DNA of 64,000 nucleotides from an uncultured Gemmatimonadaceae bacterium. GTDB taxonomy: Bacteria > Gemmatimonadota > Gemmatimonadetes > Gemmatimonadales > Gemmatimonadaceae. Made by a program: the position numbers and the translations under genes. A model generated the notes under the pieces. The model ran no database searches. It was not told the origin of the DNA and worked only from the letters and a program-made list of their open reading frames with translations. The stretch covers positions 1 through 64,000 of the forward strand of contig CAWHHI010000004.1 in assembly GCA_963829055.1 (NCBI GenBank). The letters run 5' to 3'. This document shows, piece after piece, positions 44,135 to 53,566 of this stretch (positions are counted from its first letter, which is position 1; each line of letters opens with the position of its first letter).

Positions 44135-44833
44135 CTATTTCGCCAGCACGAACTCCAGCGGCGCTCCCAGCGGCGCGATCTTCACCAGGCGATGCGGCGT
44201 GTCCGTCGTCACGAACATGGAGACTGGCGCCTGTCCACCCGACAGCTCGATGCGGTACACGTCGAACGTGCCGGCGGGGACGGTCACCTTCTCCGTGCTC
44301 TTCACGGTGAGCGTGAGGGACTGCACGTGGCCTTTGCCCGAGAGAAACACAGGGACCACGAACGACGCGGTGGGCGACCAGTCGAAGGCTGGGAGCAGCG
44401 CGGTGATGAGGTTGTCGTCGATGGCCCCGGCGGCGATCGTGGTGTCGATGGCGGTCGTCACGACGCTCGTCATCGACGGCGTCGTCGCGACACCCTTCGC
44501 GCGGCCGTCATGGTAGGCGATGTCGATCAGCGTATTCTGCCCGCGTACCTGGCCGGTCTGCTTGGTCGAGTGCAGCGTTCCGTCCGCACCGAATTCGACC
44601 TCGGTGTGCTGATTCATGATCGGGCCGATCTGGACGTCATCCACGACGCGGAAGCCTGTCTCGGTGCGTTCGACGGTCGTGCGCTGAAACCCCAGCGGGT
44701 TGCCCTGGACCATGACGACGAAGCTGTCCGTCCGAGCCACGAGCGCCGCGTAGTTGATGCCGCTCGATGATTGCGCGGCCAACGGGGCGGATGCGGCAAG
44801 GAGAAAGACGGCTGCGGCGGCGAGAGGCTTCAT
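44135..44833 (-). CDS. Secreted DUF3108-like protein
   Basis: Signal peptide MKPLAAAAVFLLAASAPLAAQ; EKVTVPAGTFDVYRIE. Confidence 0.7.
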   Translation of the reverse strand: MKPLAAAAVFLLAASAPLAAQSSSGINYAALVARTDSFVVMVQGNPLGFQRTTVERTETGFRVVDDVQIGPIMNQHTEVEFGADGTLHSTKQTGQVRGQNTLIDIAYHDGRAKGVATTPSMTSVVTTAIDTTIAAGAIDDNLITALLPAFDWSPTASFVVPVFLSGKGHVQSLTLTVKSTEKVTVPAGTFDVYRIELSGGQAPVSMFVTTDTPHRLVKIAPLGAPLEFVLAK

Positions 44834-44976
44834 CGGCGAAGAGCGTGGCGGGAGACGACCGCGAACATTTCGTGAGTATACCCGGATGATCGACGCCTGT
44901 GCGCGAGGACCGGCAACGGATGCACCGTTTCGGGCGGCGGATTCAAACGCGCAAGACGCCAGCGGCGTCGTAAGGC

Positions 44977-45130
44977 TGTCATTCCGAGCGGGGTTGTCAT
45001 TCCGAGCGGAGGCCGCAGGCCGCAGTCGAGGAATCGCGAGCGTCCCGGCAGAGAGCCCTCGATGGCGGACAGTCTCGATTCCTCGACTCGCCGCCGCTCG
45101 CTCGGAATGACTTCCCCGCTCGGAATGACA
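44977..45130. repeat. Palindromic element family A, copy 4, both ends duplicated
   Basis: tgtcattccgagcg x2 ... cgctcggaatgac x2. Confidence 0.9.
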
Positions 45131-45151
45131 CGGCCCCTTCCGGATCCCTGA

Positions 45152-47021
45152 ATGACCCGACTCGCCCGTGCCGCGATCGCCGCGACCATTGTTGTCGCGA
45201 CGCCCGCCGCCGCTTTCGCTCAGAGTCCACTCCGTCATTGGACAGACGCGATCGACTCACGGTTCGCGATGAGCCAGCCGGTCATCTCCTACACGCTGCG
45301 GGTCGACTCCGCGGACGTCTCGGGCTTCAACGTGTCCATGTCCGTTCGCGGCGCGCGCGACACCGTGCTGCTAGCAATGGCGACGCACCCCGAATACGAC
45401 GACAAATACTGGCGCTTCGTTCGCGACGTTCGCGTCGAGTCGCCGGACGCGCGAGCGACCGTGGCGCGCGTTGACAGCGCGCTCTGGCGCGTGGTCGCGA
45501 CCGGCGGCGCATTCACCGTGCACTATCGGCTCGCGCTGCCCGCGGCTGCCGCCGGACAGCGCCAGGCGTGGCGGCCGTTCCTCAGCGCCGACCGGCGGGC
45601 TCGTCGGCGGTACGCACTCGTTCATGTACGTCGTAGGCCAGACGCTCGCGCCCGCGCACGTCAGACTCGACCTGCCGGCCGCGTGGTCGATCGCGACAGG
45701 GCTCGCGCCCACCGCTGACTCCGCGCACGTTCTACGCGCCGAGCGCGCTCGTGCTCCTGGAGTCACCGATGCTCGTCGGTCGGCTGCGCGACTGGCGCTT
45801 CGAAGTCGACGAATGTCCCGCATCGCGTGGTCTACTGGCCGCGGCCGGATGCGTCCGCGTTCGACTCGGTTGCGCTCGTCGGCGGCATCGAGCGCCTCGC
45901 GCGTCAGGCAATCACCTTGTTCGGACGCGCGCCATACCGTGATTACGTGTTCCAGCTTCAGGACGGTGCGTTCGGCGCGCTGGAGCATCCGAACTCTGTC
46001 ACGTTAGGCGCGTCGAGTGATGGGCTGGCCAGGGGACATCGGCCTGTTTCTCGAGGAAGCGGCGCACGAATACTTCCATGCGTGGAACCTCATGCGCATC
46101 CGGCCGCGCGAATACGCGGACCTGACGTATCGGGAAGCCGACGCCCTCGCGGCGGCCTCTGGTTCAGTGAAGGGCTGTCGATGTTCTACTCGGACCTGCT
46201 GCTCCGACGCGCGGGTCTGCCCGTGTCCGAGCCGACGCGCACGGCGCACCTCGAACAGCTGATCGCGCGCTACCTCTCGAGTCCGGGCAATGGACTGCCT
46301 CTCCGCCGAACGCGTGAGCGAAGCCGAATACGGCGGCCTCCCCGACGCGCTCGGCGATTATTCGGCGAGCCCGCACACGCAGGGCGAATTGATCGGCGCG
46401 ATGCTCGATCTGCGAGATCCGCCACGCGACCACCGGGCGCCGATCGATGGACGACGTCATGCGTCTCATGCTCGAGCGTCATAGCGGAACGCGAGGGTTT
46501 ACTGGCCGGGACATCGAGCGCGCGGTCGCTGAGGTCTGTCACTGCAACGTCACGCCGATGTTCGACGCGCATGTCCGGAGCGGCCATCCGATCGCGTTCG
46601 ATGACTACCTGCGGCTCATGGGGCTGCGCGCCGAGGTGACCTGGCGTCCGGCGTTAGGCGCCGACGGCCGTCCGGAGGCGGATCTCCGCGCCTACGCGTA
46701 CGACTCTGGTGACGGCCCTCGGATCGGGTGTCACGGATCCGAAGAGCGCATGGGGCCGGGCAGGATTGCATTCCGGGGATCGCATCCACGCGGTGAACGG
46801 CGCAGCCGATGCCGACCGCGGAGATCGCCCGCCGAACCTTTCGCGCGTTGCGCTCGGGTGACACGGTGCGAGTCGACGTCGAGCAGCGTGGCGGATCGCG
46901 GCGCACAGCGACGGTCGTGATGACGCCGTTCGATCATTCCAGTTGTTCGACTCGTGATCTTCCAACCGTCACGGCGGCGCAGCGGGCGCTGCGCGCGCGG
47001 TGGGAATCAGGTCAGCCGTAA
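45152..47021 (+). CDS. M61 glycyl-aminopeptidase-like protein with PDZ domain, frameshifted
   Basis: GALEHPNS, AAHEYFHAWNLMRIRP, LWFSEG, GDRIHAVNG. Confidence 0.85.
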
Positions 47022-47032
47022 CGCCAACTACC

Positions 47033-48251
47033 CTAACGCCAGCCGCGCGCAGCGGATGCCGCACCCATGCGCTCGACCGCTGCCTCGAGCACGGGCGGCT
47101 CCGCGACGAGCGACACGCGATAGTAGCCAGCGCCGCCCGGTCCGAACGCACTGCCTGGCGTGACGACGACCTGCGCGTCCTCGAGCATCGCGCGCACGAA
47201 CGCCCAGTCGTCGACGCCGTTAGGCACGCGGTGCCAGAGGTACATGGCGCCGCGTGCCGGTTCCACCGTTTGTCCGAGTCGACGCATGGCGCCGGTGATC
47301 GCGTCACGGCGGGCGCGGTAGCCGTCGGCCACAGGTGCGGACAGCTCCGCGTAATGATCGAAGGCGTGGATCGCGCCGTACTGCACGAGCGTCGGCGCAC
47401 CGTAGCCCACGTTCGTGCGGTAGGCGGCCAGCGCGTCGACGAGCGCAGCGCCACCGACGGCGAATCCCACGCGAAGCCCCGCCATGTTGAACGACTTCGA
47501 ACACGAGTGGAACTCGATCGTCACGTCCTTCGCGCCAGCGATCTCCAGCGCACTCGGCGCAACGAATCCGTCGTACGTGAGCTGACTGTACGCGAGGTCA
47601 CTGATGAGGATCAGGCCGTGGCGCTGCGCGAACGCCACCGCCCGCTCGAAGTACTCGCGTTCGGCAACCGCGCCCGTTGGGTTGTTCGGGTAGTTGACGA
47701 TGAGAATCCGCGCGCGGCGGAGGACATCGCGAGGCACGGCGTCGAAGTCGGCGATGAACCCCGTGTTCGCACGCATGGGGATCAGGTGGACTGAGGCGCC
47801 GGTGAGCTGCGTCGCGCGCGCGTAGACCGGGTAGAAGATCTCCGGCACGAGCACGACGTCGCCGGTCCCGACGATCGCGGTGATGAGCTGCGCGATCCCT
47901 TCCTTCGCTCCCGCCAGCGCGAGCACTTCCGACGACGGGTCGACGTCCACACCGAAACCGCCGCTGCATGAACCGGCTTGCAGACTCCAGGTATGCTGGG
48001 ACGCCGCGGAACGGCGGGTAGCCGTGGGTAGACGGATCGCTCGCCGCGCGCTGCAGTGCCTCGACGATCGGAGCTGGCGTGGGACGATCGGGGCTGCCGA
48101 TGCCGAGGTCCGTGAACTGGAGCCCGCGCCGCCGGGCGTCCGACTTGATGCGATCGAGCTCGGCGAAGACATACGGTGGCAGCGACCCGAGTGCGTCGCA
48201 GAGCCGGGCAACGTCGTGCGAGGGCGTGATGGTGGCGCGTACTGAGGTCAC
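47033..48251 (-). CDS. PLP-dependent class I/II aminotransferase (LL-DAP aminotransferase/AlaC-like)
   Basis: LPPYVFAEL, DLGIGSPD, NYPNNPTG, SDLAY, HSCSKSFNMAGLRVG. Confidence 0.92.
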
Positions 48252-48290
48252 GGTCCTACCTGCTCGTGTTCGGTGAAGATCGGCGAGTTG

Positions 48291-48373
48291 GGGTCAGACT
48301 CGAGTCTGATCCGACTCGATCGTATCCTTGCTACGTCATTGGAGTCAGACTCGAGTCGACTCCAATGACGTAG
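48291..48373. repeat. REP-like palindromes with GTCAGACTCGAGTC core
   Basis: GGGTCAGACTCGAGTCTGATCC and CTACGTCATTGGAGTC-agactcgagtc-GACTCCAATGACGTAG. Confidence 0.8.
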
Positions 48374-48579
48374 ATGCAAAGAAATGCCTGGTCATCCCGA
48401 TTGGGAAGTCGGCAGCGGCTCGGCCCGGCCGGTCGCAATAAGGCCACCGGTCTCGACTACCGCGAAACCGTCGGCGCAACGAAGCGAGGGTCGTTCGTCG
48501 TGTGATAGGCGTTGCCTGCGCCGACGATCATTCGTCACCGGTACACCTCCTACCGCACGCCGTGTCGAGGTCTTACCGA

Positions 48580-49404
48580 ATGGCATCTCGCTCCGCTCCG
48601 TCCTGCACGCACGAGCTCCGCCCCGGCATCGCGGTGTGCCTCCGGTGCCAGCACGCCGAGCGCGCCGCGCAACTCTCCAAGCAGCGCCAGATGATCGTGC
48701 GGGGAACCGGGGTCGCGCTCGGCGTCGCCGTGATCGCCGCCTTGGGTATCGCGGCCACCAGCGCGCTTCGGTCGCGGTCGGTGGTGGGAAAGGGAGCCGA
48801 GTTACCGTCATCGGGTGAGAGCACTGCTGGGATCGTATTGGCTACTTCAGCAACCGAACCACTGGCCGCGGACTCGGAAGCGCCGGTCCCCACGACTCGA
48901 TCCGCGGTCAACGACTCGATCGCTCGGCTCGGCGCCGCGAACGCGATCGTGCCGGTCGCTACACCGGTCGCGTCAACCGTGGCATCACCGCCAGCAACGC
49001 CTCCAGCGATGAAGCCGACGGCCGCGATCTCAGCAACCCGCGCCGTCGCGCCGCTGGTGCCGGTAGGTCGCACGTCCCTGCGCGACACGATGGTGGTGGA
49101 CCGTGCGGGTGACACGGTTCGCGTGAGCTTCGATCTCGCGCTCTCGCGCACGCGCCGCTCCGACAAGTTCGAGGCGATCGTCCGTTCGACGCTGCCGCAG
49201 GTCTACGGCGCGCCCGCGGATTCGGCGCTCCGCGCGCTACCAGCGGGTGCGGTTGCCCGCGCCGGCGACCTCGTGACGACGCTGTCGGAGCGCGGCTTTC
49301 GAATTCCGCTCGCGGACGGCGGCACGATCGCGGTGTGGCCCGAAACGCGAGCGGGCCGAGATGGCCCGTTGGTGGTGGCGTATCGCGCGGTGGGGATGAG
49401 GTAG
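48580..49404 (+). CDS. Hypothetical single-pass membrane protein with N-terminal CxH-x8-CxxC motif
   Basis: SCTHELRPGIAVCLRC, TM GVALGVAVIAALGIAA, Pro/Thr/Ala linker, C-terminal domain. Confidence 0.7.
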   Translation: MASRSAPSCTHELRPGIAVCLRCQHAERAAQLSKQRQMIVRGTGVALGVAVIAALGIAATSALRSRSVVGKGAELPSSGESTAGIVLATSATEPLAADSEAPVPTTRSAVNDSIARLGAANAIVPVATPVASTVASPPATPPAMKPTAAISATRAVAPLVPVGRTSLRDTMVVDRAGDTVRVSFDLALSRTRRSDKFEAIVRSTLPQVYGAPADSALRALPAGAVARAGDLVTTLSERGFRIPLADGGTIAVWPETRAGRDGPLVVAYRAVGMR

Positions 49405-49443
49405 CTCTGGGAAAGCCATCGGCCGCAGGTATCTGGAAGCACA

Positions 49444-49486
49444 ACCCTCGGGACGTTCTCTTGGCGAGAGAAGCATCCCGAGGGTT
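49444..49486. terminator. Hairpin between convergent genes, followed by (TGATGGC)n heptamers
   Basis: AACCCTCGGGA..TTCTC / GAGAA..TCCCGAGGGTT. Confidence 0.6.
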
Positions 49487-49527
49487 CTCGGTTTCTGGGC
49501 TGATGGCTGATGGCCGATGGCTGATGG

Positions 49528-50148
49528 CTATGGTTGTTCAGACACGTGCCGTATGATCAGTGTCTTCGTCTCGCCCTCCGCGAGATCGATCACCGCACTC
49601 GCCACGCCGCCTTGCGTCATCGTGCGATACGAATCGCGCGGTGTCTGCCACGTGATCGTCGTCCGAACGATGTAGCGGCCCGCCGGCAGCCCCTCGAATT
49701 TGAATTTTCCGGATTCGTCGGCGATCGCTTTCTTTCGCGCGGCGCGGAACGTCGCGTCTTTCGGCGCGTTCCCGAAACGGCGGAGGGACGTCCCCTCCTT
49801 CATATACCACTCCATCGCGTACGGCGTCGCCGGATCGAGCGTCACGTCGTTGCCTGACGCGGTGCGCGCGTTGTCCGAGATCGTGGTGAGGTACCCCTTC
49901 GTATCGAGCAGTACGTCGCCACCGCGCACGATGACGAATGCCTGCCCGTCGATGACGCCCGTGCCCGGTTTGCTGTACGGGTAGTAGTCCGCGGCGATTG
50001 CGCTCGCATTCGGGTTGGCGGCGGTGTTCTTCGCGGCGTCGGCGGTCGGTGTGGTTGCCGGCGCGGGCGCGCCGTTAGTGGAGGTCGTGCTCCCCGATGA
50101 CCGGCAGCCGAATGCGAGCACAGCGGCGGCAAATACCAACGTCCTCAT
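49528..50148 (-). CDS. Lipoprotein with carboxypeptidase-regulatory-like domain
   Basis: LAFGC lipobox; GTGVIDGQAF; ADESGKFKFEGLPAGRYIV. Confidence 0.8.
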   Translation of the reverse strand: MRTLVFAAAVLAFGCRSSGSTTSTNGAPAPATTPTADAAKNTAANPNASAIAADYYPYSKPGTGVIDGQAFVIVRGGDVLLDTKGYLTTISDNARTASGNDVTLDPATPYAMEWYMKEGTSLRRFGNAPKDATFRAARKKAIADESGKFKFEGLPAGRYIVRTTITWQTPRDSYRTMTQGGVASAVIDLAEGETKTLIIRHVSEQP

Positions 50149-50276
50149 GGATTTCCTCGAGCAGGGTCGTCGCCGCGAACCTTGGCTCCAGGACCGTTGG
50201 TCGGCAAGAGGGGACGCGGATCGACACGCGCCAGTCGCGACCCACCCCTCTCGAGTTCGTCGCGTGCTCGTCGCGC

Positions 50277-51404
50277 CTAACGTCGGCGCCGTGTTCCAGG
50301 ACGTGTCTCCGCGCGTTTGTGAGAGCGTGTCTGGATACGTGTCTGATGACTCGACCGCCCGCGCAGCAGTTCCAGCACCGCGATCTCATCGCGTCGAAGG
50401 CCACCAAGCCGCGAACCGTCACGCGGCAGACTGTGCTCGTCGCCAGTCGCCGGCGGCAACACGAAGCCGTCGAGATATGCCTCGATGATGGCCGGATGCA
50501 CGTAGTACTTCCGACACACCGCCCGTGTGTTGCCGAGTCGCTTGGCGACTTGATCGATGGCGCGGACGATGTTCGCGTTGCCTTCCTTCTCGGTCGAGAA
50601 GGGTCCGATGTCGCGCAACGCCGACGCGGCGAGCATCGTCCCGGCGAACGTGCGAAAGTCCTTCGCCGTGATCTGTCGTCCGGCGACCTCGCGCAGGTAC
50701 TGATTGATGTCGCCGGCATCGACGCTCTGCCGATCGCCGTCGTCATCGAGATACTGAAACAGCTCCTGGCCCGGCAGCTCCTGGCAGTGCTGCACGATGC
50801 GGGCGATGCGTCGGTCCGTGATCGCTACCGCGTGAGGCACGCCGCTCTTGCCGCGAAATTCGAAGCGCAGCTTGGCGCCGGACACCTCGACGTGTCGTCG
50901 TCTGAGCGTCGTGAGGCCGAACGACCCGTTGTCGCGTGCGTATTCATCGCTGCCGACGCGGATCAGCGTCTTCTCGAGCAACCACACGACCGTCGCCAGG
51001 ACTTTGTGCCGCGACAGCGTCGGCGTGGAGATGTCCTGCTCGACGCGATGCCGGATGGCTGGGAGGACTTCGCTGAACTCGAGCAGGCGGCTGAACTTCG
51101 TGTCGTCGCGAACTTCGCGGTATCGCGTGTGGTAGCGGTACTGCTTGCGACCCCGCGCATCGCGCGCGGTGACCTGCAGATGGCCAGTGGACGACGGGCA
51201 GATCCACACGTCGGTCCATCGCGGCGGAATCACGAGCTTGCGGATGCGCTCCAGCTCAGCGGCGTCGCGAACCTGGGCGCCGTCCGGTCGCGTGTACGCG
51301 AACCCGCGCCCGCGCCGCCGACGTCGGATGCCGGGACTCGAGTCGGTCACGTACCGCAGACCGGCGGCTTGCGCCGCTTCAACGTGTTCGTCCGCGAGAG
51401 ACAT
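50277..51404 (-). CDS. Bacterial type IB DNA topoisomerase
   Basis: AGLRYVTD, IPPRWTDVWI, GRKQYRYH; catalytic set IRVG, FRGKSG, TAKDFRT, LGNT, CRKYYVHP. Confidence 0.95.
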   Translation of the reverse strand: MSLADEHVEAAQAAGLRYVTDSSPGIRRRRRGRGFAYTRPDGAQVRDAAELERIRKLVIPPRWTDVWICPSSTGHLQVTARDARGRKQYRYHTRYREVRDDTKFSRLLEFSEVLPAIRHRVEQDISTPTLSRHKVLATVVWLLEKTLIRVGSDEYARDNGSFGLTTLRRRHVEVSGAKLRFEFRGKSGVPHAVAITDRRIARIVQHCQELPGQELFQYLDDDGDRQSVDAGDINQYLREVAGRQITAKDFRTFAGTMLAASALRDIGPFSTEKEGNANIVRAIDQVAKRLGNTRAVCRKYYVHPAIIEAYLDGFVLPPATGDEHSLPRDGSRLGGLRRDEIAVLELLRGRSSHQTRIQTRSHKRAETRPGTRRRR

Positions 51405-51661
51405 CGTCGTTCGGCAGCCCCTCCCGTCGCACCGCAGGTGATCGTCGCAGCGGGAACATCTTCTCAGAACTGTGTCGCGACACGCGTCACCACGGATCAC
51501 GACGGGTTCCGAGTAATGAGACGGCTCACTCGCAAGGACGCCACGGGCCGAACGAGAGTCGCGTTAGGAGAGCGACGCACGTCGCGAAGGAAGTGGACTG
51601 CGCATCACGGCCGAGGCCTGAGGAAGGAGGTTCGAGGAAGGAGGCCTGTAGGAAGGAGGAA

Positions 51662-51786
51662 TGTCATCCCGAGCGCAGCGATTGTCATCCCGAGCGACAG
51701 CGAGGGATCTCCTCGTAACGTCATCGTAGGCAGTCTGGCCTACGATGACGTTCACAGGAGATCCCTCGCTGGCGCTCGGGATGACA
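51662..51786. repeat. Palindromic element family B, copy 3, flanked by purine-rich and pyrimidine-rich tracts
   Basis: tgtcatcccgagcg x2...cagcgagggatctcct / aggagatccctcgctg...ctcgggatgaca. Confidence 0.9.
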
Positions 51787-51882
51787 CGCTGTTCCCGCCC
51801 TCCGCCCTCCGAAGACCTCCGTCCTACGGCTCCTCCTAAGGCCGTCCGTCGGCCTCCTTCCTCACGCCTAACGCCCGGTTCC

Positions 51883-52494
51883 CTATCGCCTAACGCGTCT
51901 CGCCAGCGCGGTCTCGATATCCGCCACCTCGACCCCGATCCGGAGCTCGCCGCCGACGAGCTTCACGAGGTACTTGGCTTCGAATGAGCTCAGCCGCGCC
52001 AGCATTTCACGCAGTAGCACGCGCCGCCTGTCCTCGTCAGCGGCGTCCGCGAGCTGATCCGCCCACGTCGCGATGTCGACCACCGCGATCCCGCTCGGCA
52101 ATCGACCCGCGAATGCCTCGGCCGCGACATCGCCCAGGTCGCCGTGTCGCTCGTAGCGAGCCCGGAACTCTGTGGCGCTGATCCGCGAGAGGTCCTGAAT
52201 CGTGTCGACCACCAGCGACCACCCGACGCCAATCGTCCGTGTGTCGCCTGGCGGATAGATCTGGCCCGCGAAGAACCGCGCCGCTGGCGCGATCGTCTGC
52301 TCTGCCACCGCCCCGAAGTACGCCTCGAGCAGCGAGATCTTCTCGATCTGACCGGTCGAATGAGAGATGGCGTCCACCGTTCCACACCAGTGGAACAGCG
52401 AATCGCGCGGGCGAACCGCACCGTCTTCGGCGGTGGCGGATTCGGCGCCATTGGCGCCAGGAACGACCTGTTGGGCCAGCGGTCTCGTGCTCAT
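51883..52494 (-). CDS. Stand-alone N-terminal DNA-binding domain of an ATP-dependent DNA ligase (no adenylation or OB domain)
   Basis: EKISLLEAYF, RTIGVGWSLV, YERHGDLGDVAAEAF, EAKYLVKLVGGELRIGV; no KxDG motif seen downstream. Confidence 0.8.
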   Translation of the reverse strand: MSTRPLAQQVVPGANGAESATAEDGAVRPRDSLFHWCGTVDAISHSTGQIEKISLLEAYFGAVAEQTIAPAARFFAGQIYPPGDTRTIGVGWSLVVDTIQDLSRISATEFRARYERHGDLGDVAAEAFAGRLPSGIAVVDIATWADQLADAADEDRRRVLLREMLARLSSFEAKYLVKLVGGELRIGVEVADIETALARRVRR

Positions 52495-52841
52495 GGCTGA
52501 GCTGAAAGCAGACCACGTGCCGAGCCGTTCAGCCGACACCATGCACGCCGATCCCGCTCGCGAAAACCCGACGTTGGCATGTGCTAACGAGCCCGTTGTG
52601 CGTTGCGGGGGATGGCGTTACGTTGTCGCCAACGTCGCACGTACCCTCGGGTACGCACATGTTCCGAACACCCAGGGGCCTGGTCTTCCAGTGCCCTTTT
52701 TTCCGCGCCGTGAGTGAACGTGAGTGACCCTCCGCCACTCGGAACAGAGCCCGTCGTGAGGGCTGAGATCACGAGACAATCTGTGATCGGTACGTACGCT
52801 TGTCGCGCGCCCCGAACACAGCCACACTCAGGGAGCACGAG

Positions 52842-53054
52842 ATGCGTACGAGCGGAACCGTGAAGTGGTTCAACGACAGCAAGGGCTTCGGCTTCATCAC
52901 GCGTGACGACGGGCAGAAGGACTGCTTCGTCCACCACTCGGCGATCGAAGGAAAGGGCTTCAAGTCGCTCGCCGAAGGTGAGCGAGTCGAGTTCGACGTG
53001 GTGCAGGGCGCCAAGGGTCCTGCCGCCGAGAACGTGACGAAGGTCGGCCAGTAA
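52842..53054 (+). CDS. csp: Cold-shock protein (CspA family)
   Basis: [43 protein letters not shown]. Confidence 0.97.
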   Translation: MRTSGTVKWFNDSKGFGFITRDDGQKDCFVHHSAIEGKGFKSLAEGERVEFDVVQGAKGPAAENVTKVGQ

Positions 53055-53078
53055 CGCGGGTCGAGGAACCACGGGTTC

Positions 53079-53121
53079 ACGACGTAGCCGGGCCGAGTAC
53101 TCGGCCCGGCTACGTCGTTTT
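53079..53121 (+). terminator. Perfect 40-bp palindrome plus T tract, csp terminator
   Basis: ACGACGTAGCCGGGCCGAGT|ACTCGGCCCGGCTACGTCGT-TTT. Confidence 0.8.
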
Positions 53122-53232
53122 ACGGTGCGAGCGCGGCGGGCGTCATCCCCGCGACCAACGACCCGCCGCAGGATAGTACACGATGCAGTACACCATCCAC
53201 CCACAGCACCCACACCACAGGAGGGACGACCT

Positions 53233-53424
53233 TTGATCGAGATTCAGCTCAGCGATGATGATCGCCTCGACTGGGCGCTCAAGAGCTTCAAGAAGAAGGT
53301 GCAGAAGGCGGGCATCCTCGCCGACCTGCGTCGGAAGCGCCACTTCACGAAGCCGAGCGAGGCCCGTCAGTTGAAGGCGGCAGCCGCTCGGCGTCGCCGC
53401 CGCACGGCGGCCCGCCGCAGCTAG
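53233..53424 (+). CDS. rpsU: 30S ribosomal protein S21
   Basis: TTG start after AGGAGG; LDWALKSFKKKVQKAGILADLRRKRHFTKPSE. Confidence 0.9.
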   Translation: MIEIQLSDDDRLDWALKSFKKKVQKAGILADLRRKRHFTKPSEARQLKAAAARRRRRTAARRS

Positions 53425-53510
53425 CGCGTTCTATAGCCGCTCGGCCTTTCGACGGGCGCGCCGGCTGGCCGCCAGCCGAGGACGCGACCGACGGCGGCTC
53501 GTCGGAAAAG

Positions 53511-53548
53511 AAAGCGGGGCCGGGTCAGTATCGACCCGGCCCCGCTTT
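53511..53548. terminator. Bidirectional intrinsic terminator between rpsU and the susD-like gene
   Basis: AAAGCGGGGCCGGGTC-agtatc-GACCCGGCCCCGCTTT. Confidence 0.85.
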
Positions 53549-53566
53549 GTCTCTCGCCAGGATTCG

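Noticed and set aside
47031..47225. CCTAAC...GTTAGGC pair as an attC site
   Set aside because: About 190 bp apart, inside a coding region, with no internal L-box palindrome; no other correctly ordered close pair found
50097..51839. Long 580-aa plus-strand ORF and similar antisense ORFs (e.g. 4907-6304, 32452-33801)
   Set aside because: Shadow ORFs opposite real genes in high-GC DNA; Arg-rich with no recognisable motifs
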